DNA of 55,279 nucleotides from a bacterium. GTDB lineage: Bacteria > Patescibacteriota > JABMPQ01 > JBDRIV01. Every line of letters starts with the position of its first letter. The stretch's first letter is position 1. Location of the stretch: assembly GCA_043815505.1 (NCBI GenBank), contig JBDRIV010000003.1, positions 128,239 to 183,517 of the forward strand. Direction: 5' to 3'. The translations under genes and the position numbers were made by a program. Positions 8,816 through 18,363 of the stretch are shown piece by piece. A model generated the notes under the pieces. That model had not been told where the DNA came from and ran no database searches. It was given only the letters and a program-made list of their open reading frames with translations.

Positions 8816-9139
8816 TGTTATCCCCTAATAAAATGGGTGTTTCCTAATTAAATTCACGGTATATGGTCAATAGAGCGTGAATATTGTTGATTTATCCCCT
8901 ATATTCACGGTGTTCTAGTTGGCATATTGCTTATAGCTAATTGTAAATGGCCAGAATTTTATTCTTGACACAAAATAAAATTTTGCTATAATTAAGGCAG
9001 AATACATATGAAACACACCTCTTTGGGTTTTGTCCCCTAGCGGTGTTTTTCTTTATACATTTGACAACTAAGCTTATTTAAAGTAATAATATAAGGCTGT
9101 ATAGCAATAAATGTTCTTTACAACAAGGGAGGATTAGTT

Positions 9140-10633
9140 ATGAGAAGAATCTGTTGTGCGATGTTTGCCGTTCTGTTCCTGTCACTCGTGCTTCACTCTT
9201 GCGGCGGTAACGAATCCGCCATTCTAGAAAAGGCCGAGGTGAAAAAACCGGTTAAGACAGATGAACAAATCAAGGCAGAAACACTAAGCCTCAATGACGC
9301 ATTTGAATCTGCAACAACTGATGAGCAAAAAGTGACTGCTCTAGATAATCTTCTTAGATTGGATCATCGTCTGGGAAGTGTTGCTTTCTATTATTTGTTC
9401 GACCATAGTGATTTAAATTCTCCTAGAGAATTGGGCTGGTTCAAAAACGCTTTGAACAGCTCGGGAAACTGCGAATCAATTATTGGCGCCGGTTATTACA
9501 TCTTCTTTAAGATTAGTCCGATCATTAAAGAAGCTGCAAATCTAGGTGAGGAAAATGGCGACACAGACGATTTGACCGATGAAGAAAAGGTCAAATTTGT
9601 TCTTCTCTCTCGGCAAGCCGAAGTTGTCTGCAATGAATATAACGAAAAGCTCGGTTTGATTCAGGAAGAGTTCAAAATTATCACTCGCCGGAATTCGGCT
9701 TCTCTGTTTGATGTTCTTAGAAAAGAATGGTCAACGGATGAAGGTACAGCGATCGAACTCGACATTCCTCTGTTGGGCTTCCTTTCTCTCAAAGAAGAAG
9801 GATTTGAAAAACTGTTGATGTTGGTCCGAGAAGATCTGGATAAAACGATAGTTTTTGCCGCCACAGAATCTTTCGGTCCGCACGCTGTTTTTCCCATCCT
9901 GAAAACCATTGAGTATGAGGGAGCCACTCCTATACAAAAAAATACGGCGGCAATTTGTCTAGTCAAATTACCTGAAACGATTGAAGTCTACGATAAGGTT
10001 GTTGAAGCTTGTAGGCGCGGTCATTTCTATGAATCCAAAAAAAAGATAACCGACATCAAAGGAATGATGGCTGCAGTCACTTCAAACTGGATGAACAATC
10101 TAAAACAGAGGTATCACGGCAACACAGATTTCGTTAATCATTTGGGCCAAAACCACCTATCGAACTCGCATGGTCTGGACAAAGTGGTTGAAATGATGTC
10201 CGAATGCTGCCTCCAAACAGCCTATCCGTATCTGGAAAAGCTTCTCAATTCAACCAAACCTTCTTTCAACTCAGAAGATGACAAACTCTTCATTTCTCTT
10301 AAAATGGCCTGCAATGGTTCTCTTCTTCATAAGGAAGATGACAGAAAAACACTGGAAGAAAGGTTCAAGCTTTTCTATTTGTTGTTTCAATATACTCAAC
10401 CTAAGATGAGAGAAAGCGATCTTTTGATTTTCTCCTGTAAGAAATTTCCTCCTGAGTATCAGGAGGCACTAATTACCTCCTTGTTCAGTTTGATGACACC
10501 CGAAGAAAGAAGGAGGGCTATCGGTATCGCTGAGGATCTTCCACAATCACAACGCAATGCGGTTTTTGATAAAATTCGACCGCTATGCAATTCGGAGGAA
10601 AGAGTGCTGGTAAAGATTAATTATTCCAACTAA
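9140..10633 (+). CDS. Hypothetical alpha-helical protein, possible lipoprotein
   Basis: 497 aa ORF; GGGAGG RBS; signal peptide ending LHSC-GG; terminator hairpin at about 10643-10690. Confidence 0.75.
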   Translation: MRRICCAMFAVLFLSLVLHSCGGNESAILEKAEVKKPVKTDEQIKAETLSLNDAFESATTDEQKVTALDNLLRLDHRLGSVAFYYLFDHSDLNSPRELGWFKNALNSSGNCESIIGAGYYIFFKISPIIKEAANLGEENGDTDDLTDEEKVKFVLLSRQAEVVCNEYNEKLGLIQEEFKIITRRNSASLFDVLRKEWSTDEGTAIELDIPLLGFLSLKEEGFEKLLMLVREDLDKTIVFAATESFGPHAVFPILKTIEYEGATPIQKNTAAICLVKLPETIEVYDKVVEACRRGHFYESKKKITDIKGMMAAVTSNWMNNLKQRYHGNTDFVNHLGQNHLSNSHGLDKVVEMMSECCLQTAYPYLEKLLNSTKPSFNSEDDKLFISLKMACNGSLLHKEDDRKTLEERFKLFYLLFQYTQPKMRESDLLIFSCKKFPPEYQEALITSLFSLMTPEERRRAIGIAEDLPQSQRNAVFDKIRPLCNSEERVLVKINYSN

Positions 10634-10730
10634 TTCTCACAAGAGTACACGCTGAAGTTTAACTTCAGGTCAGTGGCTCTTTTTTTATTTGACATTAACT
10701 GATATTTTAAGTAATTCCTTCTTTTGGCAA

Positions 10731-10754
10731 TAAAAAGGAGCGGGCGCCCGCTCC
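10731..10754 (-). terminator. Intrinsic terminator of the DUF4430 gene
   Basis: GGAGCGGGCGCCCGCTCC palindrome followed by a T-run on the minus strand. Confidence 0.7.
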
Positions 10755-10780
10755 AATTTCAAAATCAAAATAAAATTTAT

Positions 10781-11245
10781 TTACTGCAATTCCGTATAAA
10801 CCCAAGCAACCTCATCTCCATCTTTCACAGTTTGAGCATCGGCTCCCATTTCTGCCATCTCGCCATTAACTTCCAGTGACCAGAAATGAGCATCATCCGC
10901 TTTCATACCATTAATAGAATTTACCATGGTACCGAAATCATAATCTTCAGCTTCATAGAAAAATCCTTCGCCTTCATCAACTGCTTTCATAACATCCATA
11001 ACGGTAGCGCCTTCGTTCACTTTGGCTTCGTAATCTAAAACGGCTCCTTTTACCTCAACTGACATAGTAACGTCAATTTGAGCTACTTTTTTATCAACCA
11101 CCGAACTTACCACCGCACCTTCAGTTGAAGTGTCAGGTGAAATGAGGAAATAACCGCCGGCAAATCCGGCTGCGGCTAAAATTAGAATGAGGACTGGCAT
11201 TAATAATCCTCGTTTTTTATTATTTGGCGTTTGTTCTTCTTCCAT
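10781..11245 (-). CDS. Membrane-anchored DUF4430 (transcobalamin-like C-terminal domain) protein
   Basis: One TM; GATVMDVM..FGTMVNSING..FWSLEVNGEMAEMGA...V..GD.V.W; riboswitch upstream. Confidence 0.88.
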   Translation of the reverse strand: MEEEQTPNNKKRGLLMPVLILILAAAGFAGGYFLISPDTSTEGAVVSSVVDKKVAQIDVTMSVEVKGAVLDYEAKVNEGATVMDVMKAVDEGEGFFYEAEDYDFGTMVNSINGMKADDAHFWSLEVNGEMAEMGADAQTVKDGDEVAWVYTELQ

Positions 11246-11329
11246 GCTTGTTTGTTAAATGTAAAATAAAACTGCTTTTACAAGCAGGGATAATAAAGAT
11301 AAATCTTTGTTATCCTGCTCGGGATCCAT

Positions 11330-11465
11330 TACTTACTTCGAAGGTAGGTTCTCTGGCTTCCCCGCTCCAATTTTTAAAACTGGAGCTTGGTTACAGTTGC
11401 GGCACAGCACCGGATTTTCACCGGATTTCCCCCACAGGCTTCGAATCGCCATTGGTAAGTGTGGT
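11330..11465 (-). ncRNA. Cobalamin riboswitch
   Basis: Minus strand GGGAAATCCGGTGAAAATCCGGTGCTGTGCCGCAACTGTAA ... GAAGCCAGAGAACCTACC; TTGACA-N17-TAATAT promoter at 11500-11472; downstream hairpin 11283-11319. Confidence 0.92.
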
Positions 11466-11500
11466 AGATAGATATTAATTCAAATATTTGGTTTTGTCAA

Positions 11501-11599
11501 CCCAGCTCCAGTTTTTTTCAACTCAAAATCTATTAATCAATCGATGCAAAAATGATTTTATATTTCAAATTGTTTAAACTAAAAAAAACTGGGGCTAGG
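11501..11599. repeat. MITE-like element with terminal inverted repeats
   Basis: CCCAGCTCCAGTTTTTTT ... AAAAAAAACTGGGGCTAGG. Confidence 0.7.
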
Positions 11600-11604
11600 T
11601 CAAT

Positions 11605-12540
11605 TTATTTAGCTCGTTTTAAAAGCTCGGTTTTGGTGATTAAACCTTTCTGCGCTCCCACTTTTTGAACAACGGCCGCAGACAACTGTGCTCCCCATTT
11701 CATAGCAGCTTCCAAATCCTTACCATCAATTTGAGCAGCGATAACGGCGGCGGCATAAGAATCACCCGCACCAGCTTTTTCACGCGTTTTAACTTTTAGA
11801 GATCTGACAAAATAGAATTTTGTGCCATCGAATCCATGCGAACCTTTAGTACCATTGGTGATAATTATATTTTTTGCACCTACTTTAGAATAAAATTTTA
11901 AATATTCTTTAGCAGTCATTTTCTTAACAGCAATCCGATTAGCTTCTTCTAAATTTAAAATGAAAAGTTCTGCCGCTTTGATGGTTGGTTGTAAATTTTT
12001 CAAATTAGTTCTAACTTGGCGTGATCCCGGGGCAAAAATTATTTTAGCACCTGTCTTTTTAGCATACTCTCTCGCCTCTTTGTAAAGAGAGGCGAAATTG
12101 TTGCCACAAGATGTAAGATATAAAAATTTGCTTGGGGGAAGTTTAGGCAATTTGTAATCCCATTTTTCGTGGTAAGAAAAAATAGTTCTTTCTTTCTCAA
12201 AAGTAATTACTGCTGAAGTGCTGGTAATTTTTTTATCGTTTTTTACAACGTAAGAAGTAGCAACTTTGCGGTCGCGCAAATTTTTTATTGTTTGCTCACC
12301 TTCGGCATCACCACCGACGTGAGTATAAATAGCAGTTTTGTAACCAAGGTGAGCGGCGGCTACAGCCACATTAGCAGAATTACCACCGGCCGTTTTAACA
12401 ATGGACTGCACCGGAATTTTTTCACCGTAATCAACACACAATTTACAATTCTTGCGATCAATATCGCAAGATACTTCGGCTTCATTAATTACATAGAAGA
12501 TGTCGAATACGGAATCGCCGATGGTTATAATGTCAAACAT
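11605..12540 (-). CDS. PfkB family carbohydrate kinase
   Basis: GGNSANVA and KAGAGDSY motifs; start moved to MFDIITIG just after the upstream stop. Confidence 0.92.
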   Translation of the reverse strand: MFDIITIGDSVFDIFYVINEAEVSCDIDRKNCKLCVDYGEKIPVQSIVKTAGGNSANVAVAAAHLGYKTAIYTHVGGDAEGEQTIKNLRDRKVATSYVVKNDKKITSTSAVITFEKERTIFSYHEKWDYKLPKLPPSKFLYLTSCGNNFASLYKEAREYAKKTGAKIIFAPGSRQVRTNLKNLQPTIKAAELFILNLEEANRIAVKKMTAKEYLKFYSKVGAKNIIITNGTKGSHGFDGTKFYFVRSLKVKTREKAGAGDSYAAAVIAAQIDGKDLEAAMKWGAQLSAAVVQKVGAQKGLITKTELLKRAK

Positions 12541-12542
12541 AG

Positions 12543-13499
12543 TTATGAAAATAATTTTGAAATGTCTTCGCCAAAATTTTCTTGGTATCTTTGGCAAAAT
12601 TCCTCTGATGAAAACTTATGAGTTTGCGTGCCATACATTTCTACGGTGTAAACGCTGGTTACAGCACCCAGCTGACCGCAAATATAAAGTGGTTGTTTGT
12701 GAAGTAAACCTTTGATGAATCCTGCTCGGAAAGCGTCGCCGGCGCCCGTCGGATCAGAAGTGTTTTTAGGTTTGGCGGCGCCGACATCAATAACTTCTCC
12801 TTTATTATAAATCCTAGAACCTTCTTCACCAAGAGTGGTGACCAAAATTTCTGTCAGGTCGGCCAGTTCTTTCACGGTTTTTTCGGTAGCTCTCATAATA
12901 AGTTCTATTTCATAATCGTTACCAATGGTAACATGGCTACCAGCAATAATTTCTTCAAATTCTTCTCCTGAAAATTGTGGTGTCATTTGGCCAGGATCGA
13001 AAATGTACGGAATGCCCGCTTCCTTTAATTCTTGAGCACGAATTAGCATACCTTCTTTATTGGTGGGAGCCAAAATTGCCAGTTCCGGTTTTTCTGTCTC
13101 CAAAATTTCTTTAACAGGAAAATTGTCGTCTTTGATGGCACCGACATAAAAAGCTGTAATTTGATTGTCCTTTTGGTCGGTAATAATTTTAGCCGTGGCG
13201 GTGTCATCGCTGGAAATTTCTTTGATGTATTTTAAATTGGCGCCGTTTTTTTCTAAATGCTTTTTGTACTCGGCAAAATCCTTACCCACAGCGGTAGCAA
13301 TTAAGGGATCTTCTTTGAGCAAACTTAAGTTGTAAGCAATGTTGCCGGCTGTGCCGCCAAATTCTTTTTTATGAGTTTCTACAACAAAACTCACATTTAA
13401 AATGTGAAGTTTGTCGGGCAAAATATGATCTTGAAAGCCGCCCGGGAAATTCATAATGTAGTCATAAGCCACAGAACCTGTGACTAAAACTTTTTGCAT
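12543..13499 (-). CDS. PfkB family nucleoside/adenosine kinase-like protein
   Basis: VTGSVAYDYIM, FGGTAGNIAY, FDPGQ, DPTGAGDAFRAG. Confidence 0.9.
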   Translation of the reverse strand: MQKVLVTGSVAYDYIMNFPGGFQDHILPDKLHILNVSFVVETHKKEFGGTAGNIAYNLSLLKEDPLIATAVGKDFAEYKKHLEKNGANLKYIKEISSDDTATAKIITDQKDNQITAFYVGAIKDDNFPVKEILETEKPELAILAPTNKEGMLIRAQELKEAGIPYIFDPGQMTPQFSGEEFEEIIAGSHVTIGNDYEIELIMRATEKTVKELADLTEILVTTLGEEGSRIYNKGEVIDVGAAKPKNTSDPTGAGDAFRAGFIKGLLHKQPLYICGQLGAVTSVYTVEMYGTQTHKFSSEEFCQRYQENFGEDISKLFS

Positions 13500-14021
13500 T
13501 TATTCTTTGTTAGTTGAGTCGAGGAGAGGAGAATTTGTTTTGTCGGAATTTTCGGTTGGTGAAATTATTGTTTCAGCTTCTGTCTCTCCAGTTGTGTTTT
13601 CATCTGTCGCATCAGAGGTTTTGTCTGCAAAGGTTTCGTCTGTTTCTGTAGTTTCTTTTGAAGATTCTGTTCCTTCAGCTGGAGTAAGAGGATCAAAACC
13701 ACCATCGATTTCTGTCTTATCATCAAAACCATCGCCGTCCGTATCTTTTAAGTAAGGACTTGTCTGATATGTGTTGTTTTCTTCCCAGTCTGTTAAGCGA
13801 TCACCGTCTGAGTCTGAAGTTTTTTGATTAGCTTCAGTGTCAGCATCTGTATTAGTTTCTGTATCTTCAGTTGAAATATCTTCCATTTCCGGCGCTTTAT
13901 AACTATCTTGTTCTTGCTTCCACAAAATGTAAGTTATTACGCCCACCACAATTAAAAGTGTTGCTATAGCGGCAATTATAACATAGGTTAGGGTATTCTC
14001 TTTTTGTCCTCCTGTCGGCAT
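13500..14021 (-). CDS. Membrane-anchored protein with DxDxDG Ca-binding repeats
   Basis: TM helix; DSDGDRLTDWEE..DTDGDGFDDKTE; T/E-rich flanks. Confidence 0.82.
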   Translation of the reverse strand: MPTGGQKENTLTYVIIAAIATLLIVVGVITYILWKQEQDSYKAPEMEDISTEDTETNTDADTEANQKTSDSDGDRLTDWEENNTYQTSPYLKDTDGDGFDDKTEIDGGFDPLTPAEGTESSKETTETDETFADKTSDATDENTTGETEAETIISPTENSDKTNSPLLDSTNKE

Positions 14022-14114
14022 AAATTTGTTGTTAATTTATGAGTTTATTATACAACAATTTTGAGATATTAAAAACGGCGGAGATTCTAATTGAATTCCC
14101 GCCATTCAACTTTG

Positions 14115-14693
14115 TTAATTATTTAACAAACTATCCAGTGACTGACAATCATAATATTCTCCCTCCACTGCCATTTCACAACAACCGGTGTTTTCGTATT
14201 TGTAATCGTCAGTTTTCTTGCAATAGGGACGCTCCGAGTTGCAACGCTGGATAATTTTTTTAGTGTTTTTATCAATAATATTTTGTGGCCAGGACCACTC
14301 GCAATAATATTCCAAGTCTTTGAGATCAGTTGAAGTGGTGGTTGAAGTTTTAGATGAGTTTGATGTTGAAGTAGAACTGCTTGTGGTTGATGAATTGGAC
14401 TCGGTTTTGGTTGTTGGGGTTGTGGTAGTTTCAGTATTAATTTCTTCAGCCTGCGAATCGTCTTCTATATATTTTTCTGTAGGAGTATAACCAGTAACTC
14501 TAGTGCATTCGTCGTCACAATAAGCCTTGGAGCTTTCCATAATTAGCATTTCGTCGCAGGTTTCCATACAATTATTGTATTTGGCTTCTTTAGTAAAACC
14601 GACAGCTAAGCCATAAATAACAACTCCGCCAGCAATGATGACGACAACTAAAATACCTAAAACTATCAGGGTAATTTTTAAACCTTTTTTCAT
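14115..14693 (-). CDS. Membrane-anchored Cys-rich protein with S/T stalk
   Basis: N-terminal TM; two Cys clusters separated by an S/T-rich linker. Confidence 0.78.
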   Translation of the reverse strand: MKKGLKITLIVLGILVVVIIAGGVVIYGLAVGFTKEAKYNNCMETCDEMLIMESSKAYCDDECTRVTGYTPTEKYIEDDSQAEEINTETTTTPTTKTESNSSTTSSSTSTSNSSKTSTTTSTDLKDLEYYCEWSWPQNIIDKNTKKIIQRCNSERPYCKKTDDYKYENTGCCEMAVEGEYYDCQSLDSLLNN

Positions 14694-14738
14694 GTTTTTT
14701 GTTTTAATTATTATGTTCTTATTTTGCTATTAATTACT

Positions 14739-15164
14739 CTAGCTACTCTTGTTAGATTCTTCTCGTCGGCGACGCCAAAATTTGATAAAAATATCTATAT
14801 AAACATAAATGTAGAAGACAATGATTACTGAATAAATGCGATGCAAAAATGTTACATTTTCCATTCCAAAATAAAAGTTGTCTAACAACCAATCGCCGAA
14901 AATAAGTCCTATTAAAATAGAAATAATTGCTCCGTAAATCGCGTTGCGAAATATTTTGGGAAAATGCTGTTTTAGAAATAAAAGATAAATTAAAATTCCG
15001 AAACCAGAATGAAAAATGGTAATATTGGGAATCCGCCAAGAAAATAAGTATCCCACTCCTAAAAATAATATGCCGTGAAAAAACATAAATCCTAAAAGAA
15101 ATCCTGGTGATGTTATTTTCTTGGTATCTATGTATTTTGAGTTTTGATTTGGCTTGATTTCCAA
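14739..15164 (-). CDS. Small 4-TM membrane protein
   Basis: Four hydrophobic segments; same orientation as neighbours; TTG start. Confidence 0.65.
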   Translation of the reverse strand: MEIKPNQNSKYIDTKKITSPGFLLGFMFFHGILFLGVGYLFSWRIPNITIFHSGFGILIYLLFLKQHFPKIFRNAIYGAIISILIGLIFGDWLLDNFYFGMENVTFLHRIYSVIIVFYIYVYIDIFIKFWRRRREESNKSS

Positions 15165-15238
15165 GTTAAGAAACTAATTATTAGATTATATTGATAACCA
15201 TACTTTACCAAAAAATCGCCGTTTAGGCGATTTTAATT

Positions 15239-15664
15239 TTAGTGAAAACCATGAGCGTGGTCTCCAAATTCAATTCCTTTCGCCTTTCCCCAAATATCTA
15301 TATTTATAAATTTATTTTCAGCTACTTTTATTTGTAGATATTGATGGGGTGAAAAATAAAATATCAGTGTCCATTTTGTAACAATATCTTTTTCCAAAAA
15401 ATGTTTGCTTTCCAAAAGCAAAATTTTCAGTAAATAATTTATTTTATTACAATGCATAAAACCTTCCTTGCTCCAAAGTTTATGATAATCTTTTTCCAAA
15501 GCGTTTAAAAGTTTTATGTAAGTGAGAACGCGCCGACCATAATATTTTTCCGTCAAAATATTGTAGGCGCGACGCAGACATTCTTCTTTGCTTTCACATT
15601 GTCTTAATCCATTAATCACAATCTGCATTCCTTTGGGTAGATTTTTATATTTGGGTATTGTCAT
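15239..15664 (-). CDS. Transglutaminase-like (papain-fold) protein
   Basis: Candidate triad HC.., HQYL, DIW. Confidence 0.6.
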   Translation of the reverse strand: MTIPKYKNLPKGMQIVINGLRQCESKEECLRRAYNILTEKYYGRRVLTYIKLLNALEKDYHKLWSKEGFMHCNKINYLLKILLLESKHFLEKDIVTKWTLIFYFSPHQYLQIKVAENKFINIDIWGKAKGIEFGDHAHGFH

Positions 15665-16447
15665 CTATTTTTCATCCCTTTCTTCCTGTAATCTTTTCCA
15701 GGCCCATTCTAACATTTCTCCTTTGGCGGTGCGACGTAAAAATTCTAATTTTTCTGCCTCGTTTTCGTCCTGTTCTAATTTTTCAATTTCATCTTTATTA
15801 ACTTCCGGATATCCGAGAATATTTATTTTTCTGATTTCTTCAGCTGCTTCTGGATCTGCTTCTAATAAAATGTCTTTGTGCTTTTCAGCCATCGCTAAGG
15901 CTTTTTCACAATCAACACTACAGGGAGTAAAAGTTGGTGGTAAATAGTCAAGCTCTTTAGGATAAGTTCCTGCTTCTTCTATTTCCTGATCAATGTTTAC
16001 ATTCTTTTCTCCCGTTTCGTATTCTACGAGACTCGCTCTTTCATATTCTGTTACACAACAATCTGGATAACCAAGAAATTTGCCTTCGCGTTTAAAACCT
16101 TCGGTTAAACTTTCTTTTTTGTCTGATGCCATTATTTCCTCTCTAATATTTTCTGACATTGCCTCAGGCTTAGCAACTGTAAACACTGGATCTAAATCAC
16201 CTTCTTCAGAATTCATGCTCGCTTCCAGTCCTAATTTATCAATAATGGAAGCAAAGTTTTTATAATCCCCCCGAGTATAAGCTCCATTTTTTGCGCCTTC
16301 TGCAACCAGTATTAAATGAGCCCTGGTTATAGGATTAAGTGTTTTCCATTCTGGAGAATTATAAACATCTCGATGCTTAAGTTCTACTTTTTCTTTTTTT
16401 TCAGGATTTGAAAGTTCTTCAGGACTGAGATTAAAACCTTCTCTCAT
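15665..16447 (-). CDS. DUF483-like protein
   Basis: GKFLGYPDCCV and PCSVDCEKA motifs. Confidence 0.65.
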   Translation of the reverse strand: MREGFNLSPEELSNPEKKEKVELKHRDVYNSPEWKTLNPITRAHLILVAEGAKNGAYTRGDYKNFASIIDKLGLEASMNSEEGDLDPVFTVAKPEAMSENIREEIMASDKKESLTEGFKREGKFLGYPDCCVTEYERASLVEYETGEKNVNIDQEIEEAGTYPKELDYLPPTFTPCSVDCEKALAMAEKHKDILLEADPEAAEEIRKINILGYPEVNKDEIEKLEQDENEAEKLEFLRRTAKGEMLEWAWKRLQEERDEK

Positions 16448-16456
16448 TTTTTGTAT

Positions 16457-17230
16457 TTAAGATTTATCATTGTCTTCAACCCATTCAATTATAACTCTTT
16501 GCAACTCACTAAGTGATTTTGACTTTCTAAAAGTATGCATACCATTTTTGATTGTCACCAATTTCTTTTCTCCTGGTAAATTGTCATAGAGAAGCTTTTG
16601 ATTTTTATAAGGAGTAATTTTGTCTTTACTACCAACAATTAATAATGTAGGCATAACAAGTTTTTTCACTTTTTTTAGTAGATTATATTTCTGTGCATCT
16701 TCTACAAAACGCCACAATAGTTTAATGATCGCACCCGGTTTACTGTGACTCTCTCTTATCCACCAACCCGTTTGCTTCCATTCTTTAAGAGCATTAGTTG
16801 AAAAAGATTCTCGGATTAGTTTTCCAGATACCACCGCTGAGGTGGGAATTAAGTATTTTACTTTTTGCGGATGGTTCTCGGCATAATAAGCAACACAAAA
16901 ACTTCCCAAACTATGTCCCACTAAACAAAATGGTTCTTCATAAAAACTTTGCTGTTTGGCCCATTTAATAACATCTAATAGATCTTTGTAATAATTTGTG
17001 ATGGTGGCATATTTGTCATTTCCTTCGCTTTCACCAATTGTATTTCTGGCATCATAGCGAATGGTTGTATATTTTAGTTTTTGAAAGGCTTTAGCCATGG
17101 CTGTAATATGTTTTTGTTCTTTAAAACCACCCAATCCATGAGCTATAAAAACTAAACCTCTTTGGTTTTTCTTCTTTTCTATTAGCAGACAAATATTTTT
17201 GCCTTTGGCATTTTTAATAAATGTTTTCAT
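16457..17230 (-). CDS. Alpha/beta hydrolase
   Basis: HGLGG, GHSLG nucleophile elbow, GSKD, H near the C-terminus. Confidence 0.92.
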   Translation of the reverse strand: MKTFIKNAKGKNICLLIEKKKNQRGLVFIAHGLGGFKEQKHITAMAKAFQKLKYTTIRYDARNTIGESEGNDKYATITNYYKDLLDVIKWAKQQSFYEEPFCLVGHSLGSFCVAYYAENHPQKVKYLIPTSAVVSGKLIRESFSTNALKEWKQTGWWIRESHSKPGAIIKLLWRFVEDAQKYNLLKKVKKLVMPTLLIVGSKDKITPYKNQKLLYDNLPGEKKLVTIKNGMHTFRKSKSLSELQRVIIEWVEDNDKS

Positions 17231-17313
17231 AAATTTAGTGTAACAAAAAACCTCTTTTTAAGCGATTAAATAAAAAATCAGGGCGGTGGTACTTGCCCTG
17301 ATGTAATTATCAT

Positions 17314-18027
17314 TTACGCTTGTTGTATAGATTCTTCTGTAATAGCCTCTCTTCTGATCGGAAATCCATCTCTGACCTTAGGACCAAAACGAGGAATCCG
17401 TCGCGAGTGGCCGTGATAGTCACCCTGTGATTTCAATAAGCCAAAAGGTCCGGACACGCTCCTGATGTGGTCATATCTACTCCATTCGATATCGAGATCT
17501 GGATGTTTGTCTGAAGGAATAAAATACATAAATGTGTTTCTGGTATTGGGATTAGTAATTGCTTCGGTAGGTACAAACAGTACACTTATTTTTTTCTCAT
17601 TCCGACAGATTTGCTCATAAAGCTTAGCACTAATCCACGACTTTGGCATTTCGAGATAATGCTCCAGAAAGAAAATCAGTTCGTTGGTCACCTTATAGCA
17701 CGACGGCCTTAAGCTGTAGGCAAAGAAACCTGATTCAACAACCCAAATATCAAGTCTTTCTAATCCATCCTTGTTTTTATGACTCATGTGAGAAAGTTCC
17801 ACCCAACCAGGATTTGTTATGAAAACATCGTGAATGCGTGGACGCATGGCTTTGGTGGCCTGTTCCAAAGTGAGACCAGGATAATGCTCCAGATTTCTGG
17901 CCTGATCAACCAATTCAAATGGTTTGATTTCCTCCAGAGTGTGATTGAAAAATTCTCCAATCCATCTGAGCAAGGCCATGGTAACAAGCTTCTGCATTTC
18001 AACAAGATTCTGAACTGGTCTACCCAT
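17314..18027 (-). CDS. Hypothetical protein
   Basis: 237 aa ORF; AGGAG RBS; own promoter; hairpin at 17279-17300. Confidence 0.7.
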   Translation of the reverse strand: MGRPVQNLVEMQKLVTMALLRWIGEFFNHTLEEIKPFELVDQARNLEHYPGLTLEQATKAMRPRIHDVFITNPGWVELSHMSHKNKDGLERLDIWVVESGFFAYSLRPSCYKVTNELIFFLEHYLEMPKSWISAKLYEQICRNEKKISVLFVPTEAITNPNTRNTFMYFIPSDKHPDLDIEWSRYDHIRSVSGPFGLLKSQGDYHGHSRRIPRFGPKVRDGFPIRREAITEESIQQA

Positions 18028-18217
18028 TGTTCATCTCCTTTTAAAAAATTGTACGGCTATTTTTGGCAACTACATATTGGGTACTTATGATGGAAAGAAC
18101 GATTCTTAAATATAGCTTTTTATATATCATAATGTCAAATTGTTTTGCTTATTTTAGCGTTTTAACTTGACGTATGAACCAAAATCTGATATTTTAAGTT
18201 TCGTATAAACATTTTAA

Positions 18218-18292
18218 GGCGCCTTCGTCTAGTGGTTAGGACACCAGGTTTTCATCCTGGTAACAGGGGTTCGATTCCCCTAGGCGCTACCA
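18218..18292 (+). tRNA. tRNA-Glu(TTC)
   Basis: GGCGCCT/AGGCGCT acceptor stem; CCAGG-TT-TTC-AT-CCTGG anticodon arm; GTTCGATTC; encoded CCA. Confidence 0.97.
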
Positions 18293-18329
18293 AAAAACCA
18301 CTTCTCTATGAAGTGATTTTTTGTTGGTT

Positions 18330-18363
18330 AACATTCCAACATTCGCAAGAATGTTGGAATGTT
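18330..18363. repeat. Perfect 15-bp palindrome with GCAA loop
   Basis: AACATTCCAACATTC-GCAA-GAATGTTGGAATGTT. Confidence 0.8.

Noticed and set aside
11224-11478. 84 aa ORF
   Set aside because: Antisense to the cobalamin riboswitch
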